Counted from the stretch's first letter, positions 1 to 12,680 are shown. The stretch is 64,000 bases of DNA from Eledone cirrhosa (GCA_964016885.1 OZ024740.1:371938001-372002000), one strand, 5' to 3'. The notes: a model not told the origin generated them from the letters alone. A program made the numbers and translations.

Positions 1-339
1 GCATATCTGATGTTAACACAACTTATCTGATGTTACACTTTACAGAACTACTCGGGAAGGGAAGGGAAAGAATTTCTATTTGTTCTAGCAGATTTGGGTA
101 TAAGCACAAAGTCTTCCACAATGGATGAGTATCATACAATCAAAAAGGGTTCAATGAGAGGAAAAGCATCAAGTCCATATCGCACAACACGGGGAATTTT
201 AAAGTCTTGTAGCATCATTCTTTAATTATGTAACGAAGGTTTGATAGAAAGTGACAAATCTCAACAATGATTACTAATTGATATAATACTTCGGCATACA
301 TTTGATGTCTTGGGTTATATAATAAACTTCCAAGTGATG

Positions 340-1290
340 AGCTAGCATCAATTTCATAAAAAATCAATCATAAACAAAATGATACTAAATGGTACTCAAC
401 TCCATCTCGATATTAAGCTGAGACCAAATCAAAACGGCTTCAAACGCAAAAGATCAGCTATATCGCACATATATGTTCTCATACAAATAATCGAAGTAAT
501 TAAAACGAACAATCTAAAACCATTATTAATCTTTGGTGGTGGATTGGCAGTATCGGTAGAGGGTCGGACTCCATGCTTTGACGCATAGAGTTACGGCCCT
601 TTCCATTCTGATTTCAAATTCCGCCGAGGTTAACTTTGCCTTTCATCCTTACGGGGTCGATAAAATAAAGTACCAGTAATACACTGGTTAATTGCTGGCC
701 TTGTGCCCAAAAGTAGAAACAATTATTAATCTTTGTCAGTTTCAATAAGTATTTGATCGAATTCACAGAGGGAACTGATGACAATTCTCCGTGTTTATGG
801 AATTCCGGAGCAAGCTATGAATGCACTTACCTTACTCTATTAAGATACAATAGTTAGTGCGTTGATCAAAACTGGTGAAACAGACCACTTCGATATTTTC
901 GCAAGTGTATTACAGGGCAATGTCCTGGTACCCGTATCTTCTCAAACTTTTAATTGACTATAAAATGAAACAAGCTATTGATGACAAATCTGAAGAACTT
1001 TACTTCAAACGCGCAATAAATAAAAGTAACTGTGTACCATCAATGAGAGTATCTGGTCTCATGTATGCTCATGCCACAGTCTTGCAATCATAAGAGATAC
1101 GTAAAGCACAAGAACTGCTTGAAAGGTTAGAGAAGGAAGCTGAGAAAGTCGGTTGATTTACCAATACTAAGAAAACAGAGTTCATACAATTCGAATATAC
1201 AGATCCAGTGATCATAAGCTAAAACATTTGGTCAGCTAAAGTTGTTGAAAATTTGAATATCTTGGATCTTGGATAGCAAGATTAAAAATG
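340..1290 (+). pseudogene. Decayed RTE-clade non-LTR retrotransposon reverse transcriptase
   Basis: Broken frames read LRPNQNGFKRKRS, FDRIHR..LRVYGIPE, VLQG, and KAQELLERLEKEAEKVGL..NTKKTE. Interrupted by a SINE at 536-727. Confidence 0.75.
536..727 (+). mobile_element. tRNA-derived SINE (short subfamily) with 14-bp target site duplication
   Basis: A-box-like tggcagtatcgg, B-box-like ttcaaattcc, central gccgaggttaactttgcctttcatcc..gtcgataaaataaagtaccag. TSD attattaatctttg at about 522-535 and 722-735. Confidence 0.85.
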
Positions 1291-1549
1291 GTACCGGCGA
1301 AGGAAATGCGTTTACGTGACATAGACGTATTGCGGCATTCTGTATTAACAACTTAAAGTGTTATAAACATTATTTAATGGTATCATTCTCATGAAGTAGG
1401 ACATCTTAAGGAATTTAAACACACCCACACACATATGCACACATATAATTTATGAGCAAAGCTACGTATTTATAGTGTAGACGGGTGAGATTTTAAGGAA
1501 TGCGTTACTTTATGAAAGTTACGACCAGCACAAAATTGAAACGGAATTA

Positions 1550-1632
1550 TAACAATACTACTACTACTACTACTGCTGCTGCCACCACTGCTGCCACCAC
1601 TGCTGCTGCCGCTGTTGCTGCTACTACTACTA

Positions 1633-1667
<35 letters not shown>

Positions 1668-1702
1668 ACTACTACTACTACTGCTGCCACTGCTGCTGCA
1701 GA

Positions 1703-1783
<81 letters not shown>
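1550..1783. repeat. Compound (ACT)n/(GCT)n microsatellite
   Basis: Seen directly; explains the poly-S, poly-T and poly-L ORFs. Confidence 0.95.
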
Positions 1784-2754
1784 GTTGTCCCAATTTCACG
1801 TTTTTGGCTTCTTTTATACTACTTATACTAATAATGTTGGCCAAATCTCGCCGAGCTCTCTTTTACTTTAAAATTTCATCTCCTACAACACGAAGAAAAC
1901 GAAATTGCAAGGGAGAAATATCAAATGTAATCTGTTCAATCAGCCAGCTTATCAAATTAGATTAATTATATGGAGATAATTCCTGTAGATTCACAGAAGC
2001 ACTCGAAATCTTATTAAATAATAACTGAACAAATGAATAAGATAAGAGAATATTATCCTGAATTAAATAATTGAGCAGATAAAAGATACAAATGTACAAT
2101 AGGAAAAAAAAAACGGTCCAGAGAACAAGCGAAATATTACAAAGACAATTTTAATTAAGTATAAGAAAAATTATTAACGTTTTTTCCTACAAGTAACGCC
2201 GTTAATTAAGTTTTCTTGTGTCGTAAATATTTCCATCTAATAATCTATTCCCTTGGAATTACTTGCAAGATGTTTACACAATATAATCAAGTCCTGGATA
2301 TATAATTGCTCTTCTATCAGTATTTTCATCACTATGTAGTACAAAAGCAGAGGCATTTAGTTAATATCTCCCAGTAAAATGTAACCAAATGTAACCAAAA
2401 GAAGAACACCTATATTTCGCTAAATGTTCTGCCAACAAAATCCCTACAAAACATACTCTAAGTATCACTTATCTGACAAGTAAGTTCAAAAGTAGAGGAT
2501 AGCAAAAAAGAGAGGAAATAAAGACATGTTTTAAAGAAATGCTTTGACTGATTTGATAGGTGGAACAGCAGTGCTTATGAGCCCTTTCAGAGCCTTCACG
2601 ACGGATGAGAACAAGAACGTGTCCTCAAGTTAGAGATCTGGTCAAAATGCTTGCAACCACATACATTCTGCTAAAGGTATCCAGGACCCATGTAATAGAC
2701 GAAGCATTAATTTCTAAGTGCATTGACGTCAGAAAATATATATTATATATATAT

Positions 2755-2937
2755 AATGAAGGAGTTGTGGTAAGGAACCAGATGGACCATAACGCACCGG
2801 AGTACTCAATACTTACGGTAGTAGAATGGGTAATAGGAAAATGTATGACCCCGACGGCAGAGCTCAAGAAATGTAATCTGTTCAAGAAATAGCCGTCGAA
2901 ACGGCTTGAGCTCTGTCGTCGGGGTCATACATTTTCC

Positions 2938-2942
<5 letters not shown>
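2755..2942. mobile_element. (TA)n-flanked fold-back element carrying the 3' half of a hammerhead; family shared with 13909-14119
   Basis: Inverted arms 2831-2868 and 2905-2942. GAAA-cggc..gtcg-TC at 2898-2920. Homologous to 13909-14119 in the opposite orientation. Confidence 0.7.
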
Positions 2943-2981
<39 letters not shown>

Positions 2982-3754
2982 CAGAAACGGCAATTTAGTA
3001 CAAAAAGGTTCTAAGCATTCAACATCACTAAAGCAACTACCAAATAATTAAAAAGACAACATAAGATATTGCTGTCCCACTCCAAATGAGAGGAACAATT
3101 TTTTGCAATTTGATGAATTACTGTAAACCAAAAAAGCAACAGTAAAATAGAAATGTCTACCAAGTAATCAATGAATATCTTCATTAATTTTTGATGAGTT
3201 ATTGGTCTACTAAGAAAGTCTTAGTTTTTATATAGAATGTCATATAGTCAAATCCCTTAACTAGTAATTACTAAACTAAATATATGTTACATACCCTACC
3301 CAAAGTAATGCCAGACACATTTGGCAAAAGACTACCAGACACAACAAACTAGAAGATTAAATAAAATATAGTAATTTCAGAGAAGACCAAAATAAAATGG
3401 AATCCTTTGAGACAAGAAGATCGGTGGACATAAAGTTACATAATATCTAAACAAGAAAAGACTGAAAAATTAACACGTTATACTAAATATAAAAATTAAC
3501 CATGTTATACTAAATAGTAGAGAAATTCGAAATATATATAGAAATGTTTTCAACAAAGCCATTTTAAACCAATGGAAAAAAAAAAAAATTAAACGCCCAA
3601 GGGAACATTTTTTCCAAATCAAATGTCTTAAAGCTCTTTATTCAGTAAATAAGCAAAATTATTTTATCTACAGAAAGTGATAAAATATAATTTCCTTTTG
3701 GATCTATGTTTCAGGCTCATTGCTGACAGCAACATCACTCACAGGCACCAAACA

Positions 3755-3830
3755 TAACAACAACAACAACAACGACAACGACAACAACAACAACAACAAC
3801 AACGACAACGACAACGACAACAATAACAGC

Positions 3831-3862
<32 letters not shown>

Positions 3863-3863
3863 C
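3755..3863. repeat. (AAC/GAC)n microsatellite
   Basis: Seen directly. Confidence 0.95.
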
Positions 3864-3884
3864 GGCATCAAAGATTCTAATGAT

Positions 3885-4260
3885 AATAATTGTTTCTACT
3901 TTAGGCACAAGGCCAGCAATTACCCAGTACATTACTGGTACTTTATTTTATCGACCCCGTAAGCATGAAAGGCAAAATTAACATTCTAATGATAATAATT
4001 GTTTCTATTTTAGGCACAAGGCCAGCAATTACCCAGTGATAATAATGATTTCTAGTATTGGCACAAGGCCAGTAATTTGGGGGAGGGGAAAGTCGATTAA
4101 ATCGACCCCACTACGTTACTGGTACTTTATTTTATGGATGAAAGGACGAAAGGCAAAGTTAACCTCGGCGGGATTTCAACTCAGACCGTAAAGGGCCGTA
4201 ACTCTATGCTTTGCAGCATAGTGTCCGACTCTCTACTGATACTGCCAATCCACCGCCCTC
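3885..4260 (-). mobile_element. Stack of three SINE copies (two 5'-truncated, one full-length long subfamily)
   Basis: SINE 3' ends at about 3885, 3995 and 4040, each preceded by (taa)tgataataat. Full head ending ccaccgccc at about 4258. Confidence 0.85.
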
Positions 4261-5949
4261 ATGTTAATGATGATAATAACACAAGAAACAACTCAGACGT
4301 TGCAAAACGCCGAGGGCCTGAATGAACCAAGGTATCACAAGATCCCCTTCCTTTTTAACAGGAACACCAAAGATATCTAATAAGTTACTGAAGGAGCCGG
4401 AGGCAACATCTGACTGGTTCATTGATGAGAAAAACTTCTTAATCTCCATGACCAAAGAAGCAGCAAACCTGAAAAGTATATAAACCGCCTTCTTACAACT
4501 TACAATATATTAATAAGCACATGAATAAGAGCCTGAAAGAGAATGTTTTCACATGAAACGAATTAAGGTTGTAGAAATTTCTGTGAAGCTCATATCAATT
4601 ATTGGTCAACAGTCAACAAAGTCTTAATTGAAGAATGTAGGAAGAGAGAAAAGGTCTGGCATGACATAGATTGACTTCTAGAAGACATTTGATTATTTTC
4701 TACTTGTGGATCCTGGAAACATTAGCCATGAATAAAGGAGCACAAATAATAATCAAATGCTTTAAACACATGATGTGTGTATAGCAAACAATTCTGCAGA
4801 TTAGAGATGTATTCTAACGGATACAAACAACGTGGTAGTTCATTCAGTCATTGTTTATATATGGACAACCTCAGGCTTTAGGCTACTGCTGATAAATACC
4901 TAGGAATACTGTTGAAGGAATTATATTAATTTACTCGAGAAATGGATATGAGATTTGGATTACAAAAAATGCGTCAAGCCAATTTTGAAGAGAAGAAAAA
5001 TAAAATATATAAGAATGCTAATATCATGTCAAACAAAGAAACAGAGATGCGAGAATTACAACGAACACAAACTTAAAAACACTTAACAAGACTAGACTCT
5101 GAACTAGACTCTGAACAGTAAGGAAAGAAAATGTAGAAATAGAAAGATTATATTTACTATAATTACAAGGACGCAAAGACGTTATGGAATAAAAAATCTA
5201 TTGTAAAAATTAAAATGTATGACAAATTTATTTAGTAAAATAATACAGATAACTATTAAAAAGAGCTACACGAACACCTGTTTTATGTCTTCGAGAAAAC
5301 GACGAAATACAAAACAGAAGATGAAACAATTAAAGAAAAAATTATCATCGGTAACACAGATTGTGAAATCCTAAATTCTAAGCGAAACACAGGGCTACAA
5401 TATAACATGATAAAACAACAAGAAAAACCTGACATGACCAAAGCAGGGTGGAAGCATACAAGGAGGATTCACAGCACTGACTGGGTAGCACAAAACTTAG
5501 AGCTGAAACTGAAAAGTATTTGATTATTTGATTGTTGAACAGGAGTAAAGCCTTCTGATGGGAGACCACCTAAAGAATATAAGAAAGCAGAATGCACTAA
5601 ATATTTGTAGAATACGCAGAGGCTGGAAAGAAACAATTTACCCTATTTTCTCTGGATGCCTAATCCTATACAAGAATGACATATTTATGTATAACGTAGA
5701 CTAGAAGTTATGATAACGTTATGATGGACTAGCACAAAATATTGATATAAACATACACCAGAAAAGATTTAAGAGAATTAAGATGAAAGCATATTTTGGG
5801 GATATGCAAATCTACACACAGAGGGGGAAATCAAGGCTAATTGATTAGTTTTAAAACCAAAAAGCAGGAGAAACGGGATCAAATGTTTTAAATGCAGATC
5901 TTAAGTCGAACTAGCGAAAGCAACGAACATGTTTCGGCATTATAATGCG

Positions 5950-6230
5950 CTGGGATAATTGCTGGCCTTGTGCCAAAAGTAGAAACAATTATTAGACCTC
6001 TCTGTAGGGCAGTGGATTGGCAGAATCGGTAGAGCGTCGGACACTATGCTTTGCAGCATAAATTTACGCTCTTTACGTTCTGAGTTCAAATCCCACCGAG
6101 GTTAGCATTGCCTTTCATCCTTTCGGGGTCGATAAAATAAAGTACCAGTAAGTACTGGGGTCGATTTAATCGACTTTCGCGTCCCCGTCAAACTGCAGGC
6201 CTTGTGCCTAAAGTAGAAACAATTATTAGA
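5950..6230 (+). mobile_element. Full-length SINE inserted behind a SINE 3' fragment
   Basis: Head ggcagtggattggcagaatcgg at about 6008, B box gagttcaaatcc, duplicated flank attattagacctctctg. Confidence 0.85.
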
Positions 6231-6779
6231 CCTCTCTGCTGTAGCATATTCTACTCAGTTGACAAGTTGACAAGAGAATGTTATGACAAGCTGGTATATC
6301 AATAATGTCATGAATAAATGACAATTCTGCAGGTACACACAGAAGTTGGATTTATAGAAATCCCATCCTCATAAGAATATGAATATCTCGAATGAAACTT
6401 CTGTCAGAAATTTACTGACTAACTTTAATTTACTGACTAACGTTAATATTTTTAACCAGTATATGAAGATAGACTGTACATGGGTACAGTTAATATGCGA
6501 GTACAATTGATTCATCCTTTTGTATATTGAATAAGTAGATTCAATAGAGGCACTGACATAAAATTTCGTTTATGAATCACGGAATCTGACGAAAGGAAAA
6601 TTAATAAAAACATTAATATTACGCTGAATAGAGTATACGGGCTAAGAATTAGATCAGAGATTTATATACTTAGGAATTTGAAGACTAAACCGACTACAAC
6701 ACACAAACGACAAAAGATTATGAATGGACATTATAGACATATTAATAACTAAAATAGCTAAATAAAAGAAAGGAAAAAT

Positions 6780-7830
6780 ACGTAAAATAAATGCATTAAT
6801 ACTCTGGCTGTTCCAGTAATACGTTATCGTTCTGGAAACTAAATATATTAGGAGGATTAGACATGGAAACAAGAAAAATAATGATTCCATTTAGAATACA
6901 ACACGCAAAAGCTGAAAGAGAAAGACTATTTCTACTAATAGAAATTACTATCTCCAAAATATTATCATAAGATATATATTGAAGCAATTCAATATATTTA
7001 AAAAAGAATATATGAAAACATACAAAAACAGCTACAATACTGAACAAAAAAAAAAAAATTTATTTCCAAAGAAACCAACAAATATAGAATAGACGGTGAG
7101 GTAACTGGTGTCTGCCGTACTGTGAAACTAAAACCTAAACTGAAAGTGACATTCCAATATGTCATGCAAAGGTATTGGCAAGGATAGTCCCTAGACAGCA
7201 AATATCTGACAAGACTTAATAGCAATAGTGGATAAATGAAGAAAAGCTCAGCTGTAGTTTTGAAGCTTATGACTCATAATTGAAATCGAAATTCAGTGCA
7301 CCTGACTAAAATGGTTTCTTATGAAAATACTAAAGCCATATAATGAAACAGAACACAAGATAGAGCATCGAAATATGTGGACTTTCAATAAGGAAGTGCT
7401 ATTCATTAAGAATTATGCCAGCTTTATGAAATTTCCATGCGAAAGAAAGAGATGGTGGTCTTTCACAAAAATGTTTCAGAGTGACTACATTGTAGAATAT
7501 ACCAATTGACACAGACAGGGTGGTTTCGATAAACCACCTAGATAGGAATATAAAAAAAAAGTGGCAAGAAAAATGAAATATCTTATAAGTATCCTGTGAA
7601 TTCCAACATACAACAATATCTCTCGGAAAGAAATGGAGAAACTATCCGTATATAAATATCTGGAAATAAAAATAACTCGAATGTGGGGATAAAATCCCTC
7701 AGAAACAATTCTCATAATTTTAGACACCTTGGGAATAACCACAAAAAAGGATGTAGCCAAACCCATAACCCAAATCCCCAATTACACATATGCATGATAT
7801 ACAAAAAACAAAACAAAACAACACAAAACA
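6780..7830 (+). pseudogene. Decayed R4/Dong-like LINE C-terminal region
   Basis: NTLAVPVIRYRSG, TRK and QHAKAERERLF resemble the post-RT region of R4-clade proteins. Many stops. Confidence 0.5.
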
Positions 7831-8009
7831 AAATGCATCTCTGTGAACTGCACATATTACGTAGAGTACTTTCAATATAATAGAAAATCACAAAAAACAA
7901 AACACCCGTGTCCAAGACACACCCAAGCAATCTTAAAATATACACAACATTATTAAAACCAATATTGGTTTCTAATTTGTCCATCAATTTGGGGAGAGGA
8001 GACAGTCGT

Positions 8010-8150
8010 TTACAACGATTCCTGAACTTGACTGGTACTTTCACTTATCGAGTCCGGAAAGATGAAACACAATTAACCTCAGTGACATTTGAACTCAGAA
8101 CGTAGACACAATTAAATACCGAAATGTATTTCGTCTATTCTGCCACCGTA
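8010..8150 (-). mobile_element. Degenerate SINE
   Basis: actggtactttcacttatcga..gatgaaa..ttaacctc..tttgaactcagaacg matches the SINE core. Confidence 0.6.
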
Positions 8151-8181
8151 TTAAATGAAACGACTGCAACAAAAATAACAA

Positions 8182-8216
<35 letters not shown>

Positions 8217-10126
8217 ACAACAACAACAATACTAATATTAATAATAATAATAACAACAATAATAATATTCTTTCACTCTGATAATTATGGTAATAATGAG
8301 AGAAATACTGGAATAGGAACATGAATGAGAGAAACAATAAAACTAAAAGCAGAAAAAAGAAAAAAAAGAAAAACAAAATATGTCGCTGATGTTATCTACG
8401 TTGACAATATGATTAATATTATTATCATCAACAATAACAGAAATACAACAGCGAGAACAAAAACAACAACAGTCATATATCGAATAACAATGTTGATGAC
8501 GACGGCGATAAATAGATACAATGCCAATACTTAAAATAATTGGCCCTAACCTGATTTGTTAAAGAAAACGAAATATTTCCTAATCTAATCTAAGGACAAG
8601 AATATAATCAAAACATTTTGAACATTTTTCTTCTGTTTCTCATATAAACAAGAATTTACATTTTTAAATTTGATATTTATTTATTTAGTTTTTAGCAAAA
8701 ACATTTTAGAAATAAAATCTTCTGATACGGACTTTGCTGAAGCAAACATAATTGTGTTGGCATCAACTATGACAGCATTCTGTAATTTTGCCAGGGATTA
8801 TTTTTTTTTCTTTTATTGAACAAAATATTTTTGACTTCTTCAGAATAGGAAACATGAAGGAAATAGTAATTTTCAAAGACGAATATTCTCTAATTGAAGC
8901 CATATACTTAAATAGGAAGTTAACATTTTCTCTTCGTTCATAGTGAGAAGAAATATCTAACAAAGAGGGGATTTAGTGAATTCTCTCGACCTGCTCAATG
9001 AAACAACCAAACTTGTGTCGTTATCTAGGGAACCGATTCGCGACTGTGCTACCCTCTACTAGAAATCGTAGCCAAACCTTCCTCTAATCAAATAACACCA
9101 TAGGCACAAAAACAACCAACTCTATATCAACTCTATCACTACTGTAAATACATACATTTGAAGTTCATGTTAGAAAATGTAAGCAGAAAGTGAATTCCTA
9201 TGATTGGGCCTCACATAAATGTTGCACAGTAATCTTTAGTGGTATCACTAATGCCTCCTTCTTTTATGCGTTTCCTTTTTTTTCCTATGAGTTTGGGTGT
9301 CTCTTCAGTTATCCATTGATATCTACCGCATAATGTTTGCTGTTAATATCTTGGCTGTTTAAATGTTATTTCTGCTGTTCTTTCCCAGAATTTATTGTCA
9401 AAGCTGCTGGTACTTAAGATATATATTTTTGACGCAGTGAGTCACACCACAGAGGGGCACTATTTGCTGGCTTTGGATATCTATCGTTGGCCTATGCGCA
9501 ACAGCTGGCGATCTGATTTAAAATATGCACTTGGAAACGTTTGTATATTTCTTACGCTGTTTCTTTTGTGGTTTCTCGGATAAGAGCGTAGCCAGCCTGG
9601 ATTTTGTTCCATTTGGAGTTGTACATGTGTATGGATGTCCCTTATGGTATTTATGCGATGTGTTACGAATGACCAGTTCATTTGTAAGGGAAAACGATAG
9701 TAGCTATTCATCATCTTTTTATCGACTTGGTCCAAAGCGCCTAATATTACCATCTTTACCAGGTCCATAACCTTCCCATATCATTTGATAAAACTGTTCG
9801 ATCTCTTTAGCACTTAACGAACACATTCGTGTACATACCTACATGTTTATGATAATTGTTGGTGTATATACATGTAGTATCGAAGTAGAGATTCAGTGAC
9901 AGTCTACGCCAGATATATTTCGACACCATTCTTTCAGGATTGCTCTCATCCAGAAAAGATTAAGATGACCATTTCATCAAGTCGGAAATGTTCTGACTTT
10001 GCCCATCTGTGCTGTGTGATATTTAGCATAATTAATGACTATTTTGTATTTCATGTTACATTTACATGAGGTTTCTTAATCACATTACAATTTCCTTCAC
10101 ATATTTCAAATGAAAAACTGCACATT

Positions 10127-11120
10127 ATGGTCCATATTGATTTCAGGCGCCGTGTGGCTGATCAAGCCAATGCGGGGATACAGCTGAATATCTGGTCAGG
10201 GTTTGTATACACTCTGATATTGATACCCTTCTTCAGGTGTTTATTATTACACACGCGTTCATACAGTCCGCAAAATGCACTGATTGCCTTTTCCAATCTG
10301 TTGCTGATATTCCTGTTGATATTCGCAGACGATGTGATAGGTGAACTGATAGACTGTTTTCATTTCAGTTTTGCCAATGGTGATATCGTGGGTGGAGTGC
10401 TCTTCCTGGAGTGCAGGCTGGTAGAGTACCCCCGTCTCCTTTACGCTGATTTCTAGCCCAAAGAGCTGGGCAGCCGCTGCAAAGCAGGAAGGGATGCGCT
10501 GCAAGGCTCTTTCTGTGTGAGCAACAAGAGCGTCATCGTCGGTAAAGAGCAGGTCTCGGATCAGTTGCTCCAGGATCTTCATGTGGGCCTGTAATCGACG
10601 AAGATTAAACAATTGAAGAGACCACCGAAGCCATAGAGCAGCTAAGAAGTAGCAAATTATCAGGAGTCAATGGAATTACACCTGAGATGTTGAAGCATGA
10701 GGCCCAGCACTCACACGAAACCCCACGAGCTCTTCGTATGTTGCTGCGAACAGGAAAATCTGCCACAAGCTCTCCGCAATGTAGTATTCACCACCCTGTA
10801 CAAGAAGAAAGGTCAAAAGCCAGATTGCTGAAATCAACGATGCTGCTAAATAGGCTGGTGCCTAACACCGCAGAGAAATACCTCCCAGAGAGCCAGTATG
10901 GTTTGAGTATCTACAGGGGCAACACAGTCATGGTGTTTGTCTGTAAAGAGTTTCAAGAAAAGTACCGGGAGCACAATAAAGGGTTGTATGTGGCGTTCGT
11001 TGACCTGACTAAAGCAGAAAAGGGATGTGGCAGATCATGGAACGACTCGGTTGTTCTCCAAAGTTACTGAGCATGGTCCTCCAGATACATGATGACCAGC
11101 GTGGCCAAGCCAGACTTAGC
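10127..11120. pseudogene. RTE (BovB-like) RT fragment with 5' inversion
   Basis: Minus strand 10127-10612 reads FNLRRLQAH..LLFTDDDAL..FGLEIS. Plus strand 10613-11120 reads the upstream RT part LPESQYG..QEKYREHNKGLYVAFVDLTKA. Confidence 0.85.
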
Positions 11121-11130
11121 AGTGATACTC

Positions 11131-11877
11131 AATAAGATACTCAACGAATTATGAAATCTTACTTTCAGTGTAGATTGTCTCTAGTTCTAAGTTTTGATAT
11201 GTCTTAGTGCACATTTATGTGTGTATGAATATATTTAAATCATTTTCTTATAATGATTAAGACTCGATTTTATTCTCTGAATTCTATTTAGAGACAAGAC
11301 ATATATTTTATTGTGTATCATTCATGACACCCTTTACTTTGAAAGTAATAATAATAATATGTCTGCTCCTCATTTGGTGAGCTGTTTTATGTCGAAAGGT
11401 TGGACTGCTATTTCTAGTAGTCGAGAACCTTTCATGTCGTTGCGAGTGCTAAAATTCATGTGTTGATACCATGTGCGTTTAGGCACTTTCAACCCTGAAT
11501 TGAGTAAGATTAGATGATTTTGAAATTTCCTCACTGATGATCCGTTTCAAAATATCTAATTTCGCATTATTTGGTGAAATGTATTCTCATTTTGTGGAGA
11601 ATACATATGAGGTAAACATTTTGATCGTTATCAGGTATTTTGTTCTAATTTTTTTAAATTAAATTTAATAAGATACTCAACGAATTATGTAATCTTACTT
11701 TCAGTGTAGACTGTCTCTAGTTCTACGTTTGTTATGTCTTAGTGCAAACTTATCTGTGTATGAGTATATTTCAATCACTTTCTTATAATGATTAAGGCTC
11801 GATTTTATTCTCTGAATTCTATCTTGAGCTGTTTTTAGAGATAAGACATATGTTTGATTTTGTAGTTCTAAGTTTTG

Positions 11878-11880
<3 letters not shown>
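11131..11880 (+). mobile_element. Non-coding partial-tandem (retrozyme/PLE-like) element with about 180-bp direct repeats and an internal hammerhead
   Basis: 11131-11310 is repeated at 11667-11855 (period about 536 bp). Ends in (TA)n. Confidence 0.75.
11529..11612 (+). ncRNA. Type I hammerhead ribozyme
   Basis: Stem I cctca/tgagg, CTGATGA at 11534-11540, GAAA at 11576-11579, 10-bp stem III atgtattctc/gagaatacat, predicted AUA cleavage after 11607. Confidence 0.8.
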
Positions 11881-11908
<28 letters not shown>

Positions 11909-12280
11909 TATATATATATATGTATGCAGGTTCGTACGTATGTAGGGCGTGTGTATATGTGTACTTCATGTTTTGGTTGACTTACGTCTCCGAACATTCG
12001 TGTATTTACATGTAGGTATGTGTGTGCGCTTGTTATATACGTATTTATTTATTTATATACGTTTATATAATTATTTATTTATTTGTATACACGCTTACAC
12101 ACACACACATATTTATATGTGCGTGGTTTTGTTTACCTATGGTAAGTTTTTGCGTATGCTTGTGTATGTACGTTTTTGTTTGCGTGTATGTATTTATTTA
12201 TTTCTATTACTTCTGTATTGTATTTATTTACTTTGTTCTTAACTCCGTAGCGGAGATTCATTCGGTCTCCTAGTTAGAAT

Positions 12281-12545
12281 TTAGTCTACGACTTCTGCTA
12301 TACCATTTACGTGGTTTTGTCTTTGCGTACTATTGTTCTCCACGGTCCATAAAAGACGCATTATCTTCGTTTTTTTCGTTCATTGCCAGAGAACGTCTCT
12401 ATGCATCACCTAAGAGAACATTAGTCTACGACCTCTTTTATACCATAAACGTGGTTCTGTCTTTGCGCGTAATTGTTTTTCACCGCTCCTATTAATGACG
12501 TATTATATTCGTTTTTTCCCGTTCTTAGCCAGTGAACGTTTCCAC
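12281..12545. repeat. Two imperfect tandem copies of about 140 bp
   Basis: ttagtctacgac..ataccat..cgtggtt.tgtctttgcg starts at about 12281 and 12421. Confidence 0.8.
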
Positions 12546-12629
12546 GAACCAAAGTATCGTCTTCCTGTCTTCCTCCGGTTGCAACGTTTTTTGAAATATG
12601 CAGTTCTGCGTTTATAGATTGACTTTGTT

Positions 12630-12680
12630 AGTTTCAGAAGATCCCGTTAAGGGTGAAATCAGCGATTCTTTGCTTAAACT
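12630..12680 (+). ncRNA. Hammerhead-like motif with CAGAAGA core
   Basis: agttt-CAGAAGA-t-ccc-gttaa-ggg-t-GAAA-tca..tgc-TT-aaact. Other copies at 23138-23188 (-) and a partial one at 62615-62666 (-). Confidence 0.55.

Larger units (their letters stand above)
3000..5880 (+). pseudogene. Highly decayed R4/Dong-clade LINE remnant interrupted by a microsatellite and SINEs
   Basis: Scattered motifs: KRRGPE (SPGPD-like), WHDIDxLLEDI (RT region), AETE, a Cys/His-rich C-terminal segment and ILGDMQI near 5790. Confidence 0.5.

Noticed and set aside
1470-1965. Poly-Ser/Thr/Leu ORFs, and all YI, CV, HT and SL repeat ORFs elsewhere
   Set aside because: These are translations of microsatellites with no other coding evidence.
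9070-9530. Possible R4-like remnant on the minus strand
   Set aside because: Only faint FW/GP motifs; too degenerate to support.
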